Shown one piece after another: positions 1 through 10,800 of a DNA stretch of 64,000 nt (positions are counted from its first letter, which is position 1; each line of letters starts with the position of its first letter). Origin of the DNA: Ignavibacteria bacterium (GTDB lineage: Bacteria; Bacteroidota; Ignavibacteria; Palsa-1295); the NCBI GenBank assembly GCA_013287605.1, contig JABDDM010000002.1, positions 1,145 to 65,144 on the forward strand, in the 5' to 3' direction. The translations under genes were made by a program, and so were the position numbers. A model generated the notes under the pieces. That model ran no database searches, had not been told where the DNA came from, and saw only the letters and a list, made by a program, of their open reading frames with translations.

Positions 1-109
1 GCCCCGAGTCTAACGGAACAGCATATTTGTGCGGAGTGGGTCGATCGAACACCAGTTCGACTGTTCATTAAAGAACCCCCAGCTTTGAGGGTATATAACA
101 AAGGGCAAT

Positions 110-706
110 GTGTTCACAGGACTAATTGAAGAACTCGGCACACTCGTTGACCGAAAGACAGAGGGAACTTCTGTGCGTCTACAAATTGAGGCACAAAAGG
201 TGCTCTCAGACCTGAAAATCGATGATTCTATTTCGGTTAACGGTTGCTGTCAGACAGTCGTACGCGTAGAGCCGTCCGTTTTTGAAGTCATTGCAGTCGG
301 GGAGACTCTCCAAAAAACGACACTCGGATCATTGAAAATTGGTGCAGCACTTAACTTGGAGCGGGCCGCTACCTTAGAGACACGTTTAGGCGGTCATCTT
401 GTACAAGGTCATGTCGACGGCGTCGCTCGAGTTAGCGCAATAAACTCGCTCGACGGAAGTTGGGAATATTACTTCGAGATCCCTGAGGCTTTCATTCGGT
501 ATATCGTGCCGGTTGGATCGATCGCTATCAACGGTGTCAGCCTGACAGTCGCAAATATCGAGTCAAGAACGATCAAGGTGGCGGTCATACCGCACACCCA
601 CGCTGTCACCAATTTCAAAGACCTTCGTCCCGGCGATGAGGTCAACATCGAGACCGATGTGATCGCAAAGATGGTCGAGCGGTTTGTCGAACGAAGAGCA
701 GAATAG
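110..706 (+). CDS. ribE: Riboflavin synthase (alpha chain)
   Basis: N-terminal MFTGLIEE; two lumazine-binding repeats (SISVNGCCQTV, SIAINGVSLTV); GGHLVQGHVDG; GTG start. Confidence 0.97.
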   Translation: MFTGLIEELGTLVDRKTEGTSVRLQIEAQKVLSDLKIDDSISVNGCCQTVVRVEPSVFEVIAVGETLQKTTLGSLKIGAALNLERAATLETRLGGHLVQGHVDGVARVSAINSLDGSWEYYFEIPEAFIRYIVPVGSIAINGVSLTVANIESRTIKVAVIPHTHAVTNFKDLRPGDEVNIETDVIAKMVERFVERRAE

Positions 707-725
707 AGTTTTGAGGACTATCGAA

Positions 726-842
726 CTTTGTGTTGATGGAGCCGGGAGTCACCCGGGGAGACGGTAGCCAGAAGGTAACGAGCGAGAACAGCGTAGTTTG
801 CCGAGCCACAGGTAGCACCACTAGCTCACAAAGAGTTTTTTT
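726..842 (+). ncRNA. Candidate structured RNA or leader upstream of the GldM-like operon
   Basis: CTTTGTG (726-732) pairs with CACAAAG (827-833) and is followed by a T7 run; internal hairpin CCGGG-agtca-CCCGG and stem CGGTAG/TTGCCG. Matches no riboswitch consensus I recognise. Confidence 0.35.
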
Positions 843-880
843 GAATGTCGCATTCTTCATATTGCAGTTAGGATCGCACC

Positions 881-2539
881 ATGTCTAAAGGCGGAGCGGG
901 AAAAGTATATTTCATTCTTTACCTTGCAGTTCTACTCGAACTGCTGATCATTATCGTCGAACGCGATGACGCAGAAGACGAACTTAAAAAGGAAAAATTA
1001 GCGCTTGAACAAAAGAGCAAGCGAATTCAATTGATCGCCGAGACGATCATCAATTCGCTTCGCGGAAGTGCCACTTCCGTTAGCTCGACCTCGGATCAGA
1101 GCATGATCCTTGGAGACCCAAAGGAGCTGGAACGCCAGTTCTCCGTGCGCGTCCGCGTTGCAGATCCTTTCCGCGATTCGGTCAAGGAGCTCGATCTCCA
1201 CATCCTCCGCAACAATCAGGAGATGTCTGTCTCCAATATCGCCTCCGATTCCGTGCTCTATCCACGAACACATTCAGGCCAGGATTATACGTTCCGATAT
1301 AATTTCAAGCCGACGTTTGGAGCAGGTGAATACAAGCTTCATTTCGATGCCCGTACGAATCAGGTCGTTGGCGTAACGCCGGAAGCGGGTGTCAATGACA
1401 CAGTCAAGATCGGCGCTATCCACTTGACTGTTGGCGAATTGAGAGAAGTGAAAGACGGTATCGTCGAAAATGTACCGCTGAGAGGTTACATCGATTCTCT
1501 CTTGAGCGGCAATTACATGAATTTCGCGACGAACGTAGGTTCGAACGAATTCACTGTGAACGTGCAGCCTCCGAAGAACCCAGTCTACGATCAGCTTTCG
1601 GTATTCCCCGAAGAGAATGATTTTGCAGCGTTCCCAACGCTGGAGCTGCCAAATCCTTTGAAGATTCAGGGTGCAGAAGCAAGTAAGGTTGAAATTATCC
1701 AGACTGAGGGTAAGGGACAAATCGTTAAGGTCGATACCAACTGGGTATGGACATGGAAACCCAGTGCGATCGATGTCGGAACAACTGGCACCGTAAAGTT
1801 CTCAGCCAATGCTAAACGAGGCGGCGGTGCGAAGGACATTGCACAGGGAAGCTTCTCGTATAAGGTTGATAAATTGGAGCCTGCTATCCCATCGCGGTTC
1901 TATCCTGAGAATTCGAAGACGCATGCAGGTCTCCCCTATAGCGGAATCGTATTCAAGGCAAATGGTAAAAAGGCTAAGCTGGATGGCAGCTACAGAATGG
2001 AGCTTTATCTTGCTAACGCCAAAGTAGCTTCGAGCAACGAGCCCACCATTGAATATACCCCAGTCTTCACGCAAGACGAGGGTAAGAAGCTTGAGGTTCG
2101 TACTTATTACAAGTCGGCCTTCATGAAGGATTATATTCAGTTGCAGGATACCACACTTACAGTTCAGCCACCGCCATTGAAAGTTGCCCAATCTGATGAT
2201 CTTCAAGTCGGGGATCCATTGGATATCAGAGTTGCCCTCGGTATTGCAGGTGCCTACAGAGAAGTCGGAGCCGATCACGTTGACATCGAATCCGGTGGTT
2301 ATTTCGAGAACAGCGCCAAAAAACAAATTACTGATAAGGTCGGAAATAACTTCAACTTCGAGGCCAAGATGACAAGCAAAGCGATGAATATTCGCAGCAA
2401 GGCCGGACAAGTTGTGAACTACACGGTATCCGACCCCATCACCCATCAGAGCTTTAGTGCACAGCTCACTATAACACCGAAACAAAAGGCCAGCGGTCGT
2501 CCGGGAGTACCGGCAGTTGGGAGTGGTGGTATACATTAA
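881..2539 (+). CDS. Divergent GldM/PorM-like bitopic inner-membrane protein
   Basis: Short MSKGG head, one TM helix (VYFILYLAVLLELLIIIV), a helical segment, then beta-rich Ig-like domains; ELPNPLKIQG recalls the GldM NPISI segment. Confidence 0.5.
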   Translation: MSKGGAGKVYFILYLAVLLELLIIIVERDDAEDELKKEKLALEQKSKRIQLIAETIINSLRGSATSVSSTSDQSMILGDPKELERQFSVRVRVADPFRDSVKELDLHILRNNQEMSVSNIASDSVLYPRTHSGQDYTFRYNFKPTFGAGEYKLHFDARTNQVVGVTPEAGVNDTVKIGAIHLTVGELREVKDGIVENVPLRGYIDSLLSGNYMNFATNVGSNEFTVNVQPPKNPVYDQLSVFPEENDFAAFPTLELPNPLKIQGAEASKVEIIQTEGKGQIVKVDTNWVWTWKPSAIDVGTTGTVKFSANAKRGGGAKDIAQGSFSYKVDKLEPAIPSRFYPENSKTHAGLPYSGIVFKANGKKAKLDGSYRMELYLANAKVASSNEPTIEYTPVFTQDEGKKLEVRTYYKSAFMKDYIQLQDTTLTVQPPPLKVAQSDDLQVGDPLDIRVALGIAGAYREVGADHVDIESGGYFENSAKKQITDKVGNNFNFEAKMTSKAMNIRSKAGQVVNYTVSDPITHQSFSAQLTITPKQKASGRPGVPAVGSGGIH

Positions 2540-2653
2540 ATAAAGGCAGCTCTGTAGCCGAATGAGGATATTCCGATCCCTACAAAAATGAACTCTGGGC
2601 AAATTGCAGCCAAGATGGTAAACCATATGACAATATCGATTTCTCTCAGTACG

Positions 2654-4336
2654 ATGGCCAAACGAATCACGCTGGGAAGCATCCTGGCGGCATCCATTAC
2701 ATTTATCAGTGTTTCCGCATTCGCGCAACCACTTGTGGACTCTTTGAAAGCGCTTCAACTGCGTAATGATAAGATGTACAGGACGTTGAACGCGATGGAT
2801 GATAAGGGTGCCTCATATCAGTTCACTAATGTCACCGCTTGGCATATCGTTGATCCTGATCTGTTCGATCTCATCAAGCGAGTCTACGTGGATCAGTACG
2901 GCCAGAAACAATTGAAGGATTTCGATATTCAGGACGTCTACCTCTTCGCAGCTCCTGGCAGCGGTGAGAATTTTGAGCCGTTCCATGTCTTGTTCATGGG
3001 TAAGCGCGTCAAGACCGACACGGCTGGAGGCTCTGACGTCGATCCATTCTTTGGAGGGGCAAAGAGAAAGAATACAAATGAGAAGATCCCGATTGCGTTC
3101 AAGGGCAAAGATGTTGTGCGCTTGATGCATCGCCAGCCAGCGCTGCTCGAGCAGATCAATGCAATCCAGGGTGAGATCGTTGAATTGCCTGGAGATATTC
3201 TGCCCAGTGGAGTTCAATTGATCAAATCTTCTGCACAGCGTTACATCTACCATCAGATGTTCGAAGGCTTCTACGCGAAGCGCCAGATTATTGATGAACA
3301 AAATCGAGCGCTTGGGCTGCCAACGAGTGATGAATCGTTTGGAACAGCGGATACAACGGCTGCCCTGATCGCAGGAGCGAATCCGGATGTCATTCCCAGA
3401 GATCCTGAATCCTCAGCCGCACTTCCTGACGAACAATTGGCCGCTCGCGCATTCAAGTATGGGAAGACGATCGACCTATCGATGAATCATTTGCTGGTCA
3501 ATGTCTCGCGCAATACGGCGGTCGAGCTCCAGCTTGGCAACCCCGAGGTCGGACTTCCATTCTGGAGCTCTGGCGAAGGCAGGCTTTGGCTCGTCTTGAA
3601 AAACCAGATCGGCACCGAGAGTAACTTTAAGCTCGGATTCGACTTCCCTGCAAATCTTGGTCGCGATGGAGCGGCGATCTTCCAGGCTCGAAAGCTATCT
3701 GGCTTTTTTGGTGGATCGATCGACGCTTACTTTGCGGGCATCGACTTTTTCAGCGCATTCAACATGCCACTTGCACTGAATTTCTCCATCCTGCCGGCTG
3801 GTGGGTACAATTCCAGCATTATCTACAATGGTGGTTACCCGACAGTCAATCCCAAAGCCGCAGATGGCATTCATGATTATATCGTAAAGCCAGGCCGCAC
3901 ATTTTTCCGTACTGCATTGGTTGGCCAGCTTTACATTCCGATCATCGTTCAGCTCGACCCCGCGAACTTCATCCAGTTTTCAGCCGGCGTCGGCATTCAC
4001 ACCGTCTATCGTTCGTGGATTCCCGATTCGAGCGATGCAGATTTCCGCGCCAATGGCGGCCATCCGATCGATGCGAGCCTGGTCGACAAAGTGCAGGATC
4101 TGGACCGAGTCTCTACTCCTGTAACACCACATGTGGGTCTGGAATACGTCAATCACCGCTCGAGCAAGTTCGGGCTTAATCTGTACTACGATCACTTGTT
4201 TACCTTCGGCGGATGGATCGAACTGATTGAAGATCATCTCCGAATCGAGACAAGCTACACGGCGCCACTCGTCCGCGATGCGAAGCCATACGAGCCTTCG
4301 TACTTCTTCCAAATTACACCGCGCATTTATTTCTAA
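2654..4336 (+). CDS. Exported protein, predicted outer-membrane beta-barrel (paralog of the next gene)
   Basis: Signal peptide MAKRITLGSILAASITFISVSAFA|Q; alternating aromatic/hydrophobic strands; terminal Phe (PRIYF). Upstream in-frame ATGs from 2588. Confidence 0.65.
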   Translation: MAKRITLGSILAASITFISVSAFAQPLVDSLKALQLRNDKMYRTLNAMDDKGASYQFTNVTAWHIVDPDLFDLIKRVYVDQYGQKQLKDFDIQDVYLFAAPGSGENFEPFHVLFMGKRVKTDTAGGSDVDPFFGGAKRKNTNEKIPIAFKGKDVVRLMHRQPALLEQINAIQGEIVELPGDILPSGVQLIKSSAQRYIYHQMFEGFYAKRQIIDEQNRALGLPTSDESFGTADTTAALIAGANPDVIPRDPESSAALPDEQLAARAFKYGKTIDLSMNHLLVNVSRNTAVELQLGNPEVGLPFWSSGEGRLWLVLKNQIGTESNFKLGFDFPANLGRDGAAIFQARKLSGFFGGSIDAYFAGIDFFSAFNMPLALNFSILPAGGYNSSIIYNGGYPTVNPKAADGIHDYIVKPGRTFFRTALVGQLYIPIIVQLDPANFIQFSAGVGIHTVYRSWIPDSSDADFRANGGHPIDASLVDKVQDLDRVSTPVTPHVGLEYVNHRSSKFGLNLYYDHLFTFGGWIELIEDHLRIETSYTAPLVRDAKPYEPSYFFQITPRIYF

Positions 4337-4381
4337 AGAAGAGCGCGTCTTTACACGTTGAACTTTTAACGACCGACGACA

Positions 4382-5767
4382 ATGTCAGTATTGAACAAAT
4401 CTCTTCTCTGGAATCTGCCCGGCTTAGTTGTGGCCGGTCTGCTAGCGCTCACGGTGCAAACCGCGGAAGCCCAGGCGCAGCCCAACCAGGGCCAGCAAGG
4501 CATCTCGCCACAGAGCAACTGGGCCGATTCGCTTCGGATGGCACGTGCCGAGAACGAGTCGCTTACGCGAATTCTGCAGGCGGTCGAATCGATCGATACA
4601 GCCCGGCAGAACGAGCTCATCCAGTGGATCATCACCGACCGTAACATTCGCAGCCGAGTTATTTCGGCGCTTCGCAAGGCGGGAAAATCCATTTCCCCGA
4701 ACTCGGTCGCTGAGCTTACGGTAACTCAAAAGCCGCCGACCGCGGATTCTCCTGACCCAGACAACATGCAGTTGCTCCGTCTGGTGATTGAATCGATCGG
4801 TGTCTATGGAGAACCCAATATTCGGCGCATCCTGGGTCAGGATCTTTACACGAAGATTCAAGGCCGTCAGGGTTACGAATACACGCTCATCTCGACTGAG
4901 CCTGCGCAGCAGAAGATCCAGTTCGTCTATCTGGACGCTTCGCTCTTCGGCGGACAAATCATCTTTAAGTCAGGTTTTGGTTTTGGTCTTCGCGTCGGTA
5001 ACGACTATGTTGGCTATCCATTCTGGCTGCCCGGCACCCTCGGCACGTTCGGCATCCTTCGTCGTGGCACGACGGATTTCAAGATCGGTCTTGAATGGCC
5101 ACTGGGCGAATCAGGTGTGGCTCCATTTACGATCACCGGTGGCATGAAGATCAAGGAGCGCAAGCTTGAAGGTGTGATGACCTTCGCAACCGCCATCGAT
5201 CAGGACCTTGGGCTTCTGAGCGAGCAGTCGGGCAAACTTCACTTCGGTGCGGATTTTCTTACCGGCTTCAACCCAACCATCTCGACGTTTTCGAGCCGCG
5301 CAACGCTACAGCCGCAGTTCCGCACAAGCTATATTTCGAATCAATTCCCTGGCACGCTGAAGGACAGCTTGTTCTACCTGCAACTCTCTGCTCATGCCTG
5401 GGTGACGTATAAACTAACGACATTCCTTCGTGGCGCGTATATTTCAGTCGGCGCCGGCACCCACAGGATCAACGCAGTTACGATCGGACAAAAGACTGAC
5501 CCTGCAAGCCAGGATGTCGTAAATGCCGCGACATTCAGCTTCTTCGATCCGCTTATCAAAGTCGGTTACGTACACACTGGCGATGCTGGTGACGAATATG
5601 GCATGAGCCTGCAGTATTGCAATACGCTGCTTGCCGACGGCTTTGTGAAGCTCTTCCCATGGCTTCAGCTTGAAGTCAAGTACGCTGCTGTAGTTGGCCG
5701 CGACCCGGAAAAGTGGGAATGGAAAGATTATGTAATGGTCTCGCCGAAGATCATCTTCAATTTCTAA
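4382..5767 (+). CDS. Exported protein, predicted outer-membrane beta-barrel (paralog of the previous gene)
   Basis: Signal peptide ending TAEA|Q; C-terminal KIIFNF; shares GNxxVGxPFWxxG, RKLxG and SxGxGxH with 2654-4336. Confidence 0.65.
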   Translation: MSVLNKSLLWNLPGLVVAGLLALTVQTAEAQAQPNQGQQGISPQSNWADSLRMARAENESLTRILQAVESIDTARQNELIQWIITDRNIRSRVISALRKAGKSISPNSVAELTVTQKPPTADSPDPDNMQLLRLVIESIGVYGEPNIRRILGQDLYTKIQGRQGYEYTLISTEPAQQKIQFVYLDASLFGGQIIFKSGFGFGLRVGNDYVGYPFWLPGTLGTFGILRRGTTDFKIGLEWPLGESGVAPFTITGGMKIKERKLEGVMTFATAIDQDLGLLSEQSGKLHFGADFLTGFNPTISTFSSRATLQPQFRTSYISNQFPGTLKDSLFYLQLSAHAWVTYKLTTFLRGAYISVGAGTHRINAVTIGQKTDPASQDVVNAATFSFFDPLIKVGYVHTGDAGDEYGMSLQYCNTLLADGFVKLFPWLQLEVKYAAVVGRDPEKWEWKDYVMVSPKIIFNF

Positions 5768-5790
5768 TGCAAGCCGATCTGGCGAATTTC

Positions 5791-5820
5791 ATCCCCCGAC
5801 TTATTCGGGGGATTTTTTTT
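5791..5820 (+). terminator. Rho-independent terminator
   Basis: ATCCCCCGA-cttat-TCGGGGGAT followed by a T run. Confidence 0.9.
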
Positions 5821-5890
5821 GTCTGAGGGCCACAGCGGGCACAAACTAGAGTAGCATTCCATTAGCCTTACTGTTACATTATTGCAATTC

Positions 5891-7228
5891 ATGCTCAAAC
5901 GCGCACTCGCACTTTCGGTCGTTGTTTGCCTTGTTTGTTCCAGTCAACTTTTTGCGCAGCAGAAGGAGACGGCCAAGCTGCGCGATGCATCAAAGCGGCC
6001 TGCGCGTTACGGACTGCAGTCAGTCAAAGGTGATGCGCTGTTCGATATCAAAGATGTCGATATCACCCACTTCCCGGAAATGAGCGTCATCTTTTCCGCG
6101 GTCAACAATCGCAACCAGTTTATTCGGACGCTGAAAAAAGACGATGTTCTTCTGGTCGAGAATGGTCAGAAACGCCCAATCATCTCGCTCGATCTTATCA
6201 GCGCCCAAAACCGGGTACCGATTGACATCGTTTTTGTCATCGATCAAACCGCGAGCATGCGCGACATGATCGCGACCGTCAAGCAGAGTGTCATTTCGTT
6301 TGCGGATCAATTACGCAGGCATGGTTCCGATTTTCGACTAGGCATGGTGCGCTTCGGAGATGCGGTCGAATGGGTGAGCCCAGAACTCACAGACGACGCC
6401 GTGACATTCGAAAAATGGGTTGCCGCAGTTGAAGCCAGCGGCGGCGGTGATGTGAAGGAGAATGCACTCGAAGGCCTTCACGCTGTGGCTTCCATGCCAC
6501 TTCGACGCATCGCTATACGCATGGCCGTGCTCATCACCGATGCGCAGTGCCATCTTGCGGGCGAGCATGGAGATGGTACTACCGACTTCACAATGCACTC
6601 CATGGGAGATTTTCTCTACGAGCGTGAAGTCCGTCTGCTTACCGTCACCCCACCCGAATTTCCGGAATATCATGATCTTGCGACACTCACCGAAGGTGCA
6701 AGTTTCGACCTTGGAAGGAGCTTCGACAACGTGCTTGGAGATCTCGTCCAGGACATCACGAGTCTCTACTCACTGAAGTATTTATCGCAGTCAACACTTG
6801 CGCCGGACTCAGTCCGCATCGATATTCTTCGTTCGGAAGACCGCTCCCCTCTCGCCTCACGCAAGTTGATTGCCCTTGAACCTGGCCGTCGGTTTGTGTT
6901 CGAAGATCTTCTCTTTGGTGCAAACCAGGCCTCGCTTGCTTCTGAGTTTGTCCCTGAACTTGAACGCGTCGTCCGGCTGATGCACGTGCGCCCTACTATG
7001 CGTGTCCGGATCGAGGGACATGCCGATTCAACCGGTTCTGAGGAGCTCAACATGCGACTCTCCCAGGAGCGAGCCGAAGCGGTAAAGCATTATCTGATCA
7101 CTTCAGGAATCCAGCCTGAGCGTCTGGAGACCGTTGGCTATGCTGCTTCGCGTCCGCTTGCTTCGAATGCAACTGAAGAAGGAAGACGCGCGAATCGGCG
7201 AATCGAGTTTCTGATCCTGGTGAAATGA
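5891..7228 (+). CDS. vWA-domain + OmpA-family peptidoglycan-binding protein
   Basis: Signal peptide; MIDAS-like DQTASM, LITDA; OmpA C-domain IEGHADSTG...LSQERAEAV...NRRIEF. Confidence 0.9.
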   Translation: MLKRALALSVVVCLVCSSQLFAQQKETAKLRDASKRPARYGLQSVKGDALFDIKDVDITHFPEMSVIFSAVNNRNQFIRTLKKDDVLLVENGQKRPIISLDLISAQNRVPIDIVFVIDQTASMRDMIATVKQSVISFADQLRRHGSDFRLGMVRFGDAVEWVSPELTDDAVTFEKWVAAVEASGGGDVKENALEGLHAVASMPLRRIAIRMAVLITDAQCHLAGEHGDGTTDFTMHSMGDFLYEREVRLLTVTPPEFPEYHDLATLTEGASFDLGRSFDNVLGDLVQDITSLYSLKYLSQSTLAPDSVRIDILRSEDRSPLASRKLIALEPGRRFVFEDLLFGANQASLASEFVPELERVVRLMHVRPTMRVRIEGHADSTGSEELNMRLSQERAEAVKHYLITSGIQPERLETVGYAASRPLASNATEEGRRANRRIEFLILVK

Positions 7229-7254
7229 TCGGGCGTTCTCAACGCACAACTTCA

Positions 7255-7845
7255 ATGAAGCTCACCGCAGATCAAATCCTGTATGCCTATCGTCAGGGAT
7301 TTTTTCCGATGGCTTCCGGCCGGAACGGACACATTAAGTTTTGTGCCTTCCCGGTTCGAGGAATCGTCCCACTTGATGACCGATTCAAAGTACGCAGGTC
7401 GGTTCGTCAGGCAGAGCGAAAAGAACAATTTCGAGTAACCTTTGACACGAGCTTCGCGGATGTGATCAATGCTTGTGCGCGTCACGTCACCTTGCCAGAG
7501 GAAGAGATCTGGTTGAGCGAGGAGTTGATCCCGTTTTATCTGGAGTTGCATGAGCGCGGCATTGCGCATTCCGTTGAGGTCTGGAAGAAAGGGCTACTCG
7601 TTGGAGGACTCTACGGTTTGCATCTCGGAAGTGCGTTCCTTGGGGAGTCGATGTTCTCGAACGTTGCCTACGCTTCACAGGTCGCACTCGTACATCTGGT
7701 CGAGCGGCTGCGAGAGAAACAATTCGAACTGCTTGATGCCCAGATGGCTACTGAGCACCTAAAGCAGTTCGGATTGTATGAAGTCTTGCACAAGGATTAT
7801 CTCGATCTCCTTCGACCGGCGCTCCTTGAACATCGAGAGTTCTAA
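7255..7845 (+). CDS. aat: Leucyl/phenylalanyl-tRNA--protein transferase
   Basis: AYRQGFFPM, AHSVEVW, LVGGLYG, FLGESMFS, LLDAQ..TEHL. Alternative start 7225. Confidence 0.95.
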   Translation: MKLTADQILYAYRQGFFPMASGRNGHIKFCAFPVRGIVPLDDRFKVRRSVRQAERKEQFRVTFDTSFADVINACARHVTLPEEEIWLSEELIPFYLELHERGIAHSVEVWKKGLLVGGLYGLHLGSAFLGESMFSNVAYASQVALVHLVERLREKQFELLDAQMATEHLKQFGLYEVLHKDYLDLLRPALLEHREF

Positions 7846-7863
7846 GTCGACGCGCTCCTTGGC

Positions 7864-10800
7864 TTACCTTGAGATGATCATCTTTTTCACCATCGGCTTT
7901 TGATCGCCTGCGGTGAATTCGTAAAAGTATACGCCATTTTGCAACTCGTTTGTCCTGACGAGCACGCTATACCGGCCTTGTGCAAATGAATGTTGATCGA
8001 CTGGACGCAACACTTCGCGCCCGGACACATCAACCACGCGGATCGAAATCTGGGTGTTATCATGCGCCACATCAAATGTGATGGACGTATGATGTGAACC
8101 TCCGACAGGATTCGGCGAATTCTGCTGCACGAACGTGCCCTGGACATCGCCCGTTTGAAGATGCGTACTTCCGCAGGACGAATCAACGACGATCATCCCA
8201 CTCACCGTAAGTGGTGCAACCTGGTTCGTATTGAAGAACTGGAAGCTTGTGTGCTTCAGCTCTGTCTTCCCGCCGATCGTCGCATCCTTGTTGATCATGA
8301 ACGTCACACGCAGCAGCACCCCTGCTTGTGTCAACGGATCGATCGGATCGCGAAGGTCGTAATGCACTGACTCAATTGTCTGAGCGCTGCTATTCGTAGT
8401 CGTCAGCGTCCAATTTGAATTCGAAACATCGCCGCCTTTTTCGATCTTCACCAACTGCGCGATTGTCGTATCGAACGTAAACGTACCCGAGAGTTCGTGC
8501 ACATTTGCACTCACAGCAATCGGTGTCCGGAGACGAAGTTCTTCATAGACCATGTCACCAGGACGAGCAAGGTAGTTTCCGAATGCAATCTGCGTGGCAT
8601 TCGGGGCTTTGTCAAGTTCGGTAAGCCCAAGCGGGAAGGTTGAATTGTCGTCAAGCGTGAATGTCAGAGTCGCAGTGCGTGGCGTCAACTGCAGCGGCGA
8701 ACTCGCGAGGAACGTTGATGCGAGCGGAATTGAATCTCCCGGATGCAATGTGAAGCTTGTCGGAATGGAGCTGAAATCGAAATCTGTCATGTTCGGTCCA
8801 GCGATCGAGACACCGGTCACGACCAGATCCCAATCGCCGGCATTGACCAGCATCGTATTCTGCGAACTGCTGCCGCCGACAAATTGACTTCCAAAATCCA
8901 GCGTTGCCTGCGCAAGTTGTGCAATCGGCGCTACACCGATACCATTGATCACGACCGTATCATTCTTCATGTCACCACCAACTGCTTCAAGCTTGGATTG
9001 GAACACGCCGCGCTGCATGGGACTGAAGGTAATATGGATCGGTTGTGTGGTCCGTGTCGGAACGACGATTGTACCAGTAGCATCGAGCGAGAACGGTGGC
9101 GTCTGTGGCTGAAGCGAAATCGACTTCACTGTGAGCGGGGTGCTGGACGTATTGACCAGGCTGACCGTCTGCATTGCAGATTTGAACACGCGTACCTTAC
9201 CGAAATTGATATACGTTGAATCCAGGACAAGTTTACGATATTCATCTCTTCCGATGAGACGGATCGTATCGGTCAGGCCGTCGTCATACGTGAAGACGAG
9301 ATCCGCCGAATGAAGAAGTCGCGGCACATTTGGCGAGAAGGTGATCGTATAGTCAGACTTCGCACCGATCCAGATGCTGTCAGTTGAGGTCGAACCAGAG
9401 CCTGTCGCAATCGAAAACTCGTTATTGGCATCATTGACAATCGCAAACGATGTTTTCAAATACCAGTCACCGGCGTTTGTCAGGGTCAGCGTCTTTGACG
9501 AGGTCCCGGGCATCACAACAAGGCCGCAGTCGACTACTCTTGTAGAGAAGGTAGGAACAGGTGCAGCACCAACACCGAGCAAGAGCACGGAGTCTGGTTT
9601 GATATCGCCATCACGCGCGTGCAAATACCCTGTAAATGAACCGCGAACCGGCGGCTGAAAATAGATTGCTACATTCGATGTGTCCTGCGCCCGAACGGTC
9701 GAGACGGTGTCGCCAACGGTAAACGCCGTCCCAGTCTGCGAAATACTAATGTTGCCTACATGCAAAATCGCATTTGACCCATTGGAGAAGATGGCCTGGC
9801 GCAAGGCTCTTGTTTTGACGCGTACGTTGCCGAAGTCGATCGACTTCTGAGCAAACTGGATGTACTGCGATTGCTCGCGCCCGAGCAGCACTACCCTCCC
9901 CCTCGAGCTGTCTGTATACGTGATCGAAAGCAGCGCCTGATGCAGCATTCCGGTCTTTGCATTCGTTACAAACGTTACGGCCAGACTTGTATCGCGGCCC
10001 GCCGGTATTCTAAATGCCGAGCGAGGCGTCGCTGCTGTAATTGTAAAATCCTTTTGGTCAGGACCAGTGATCTCCAGATGTGCAACACGCAATTCGAAAT
10101 CGCCGGTGTCCGAAAGTACGGTAAAGAGCGTCGAAGGAATTCCAGCAGGATGAATGCCAAAATCCAGCGTATCGAGGCTCAACCTCGGATACGCCATTGC
10201 GCCGAAGCCAACAAGATAGACCGAATCCATCTGACCATTGACGATCGTATGAAGCCAGGCGGCCACCGGGCCATGGACGCGCGGTGTGAACGATACCTCG
10301 ATCGAATCCTTCTGAAACGAACTCAGCGTTAACGGCGCATAAGGTACCTGGAACGGAGCGCTTAGGGGAATGATATATGGACGCGTGACGATCGGCAGCA
10401 CTACATTACCATTATTGCGTATCGAAACAGTATCCGTCTTCGTTGCGCTGACTTCCACTTTCCCAAAGTCGATCAGATCGCGACCTAAAAATACCTTCGG
10501 TTCAATTTCGTAGCCGTCGAGATTGACATACTGCGCACTCTTGTCGTCGTAATCAAACTCGAGCCATGCCTGCCGCTGACCTTCAGGTCCGGTACCAGGC
10601 GCAAAGCTGATGTTAAAATTGATCGATGAATCAACATCGAGCAGGAAGCTGGTCAGATTCGGCGAGTATTGGTATGCGGAAGCGTTTGGACCGTGGAGTC
10701 CAGCACTGACTACCGTCGCCGTCATGTTGCCTTTGTTCGTAAGAGTAACGGTCTTCGTGACACGATCGCCTCGTCGAACATTTCCATAACTGAGCGATGT

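Noticed and set aside
1..109. FMN riboswitch upstream of ribE
   Set aside because: No FMN aptamer motifs are visible in the available 109 bp.
1802..2758. 318-aa minus-strand ORF and similar long antisense ORFs
   Set aside because: They shadow well-supported genes and show no motifs.
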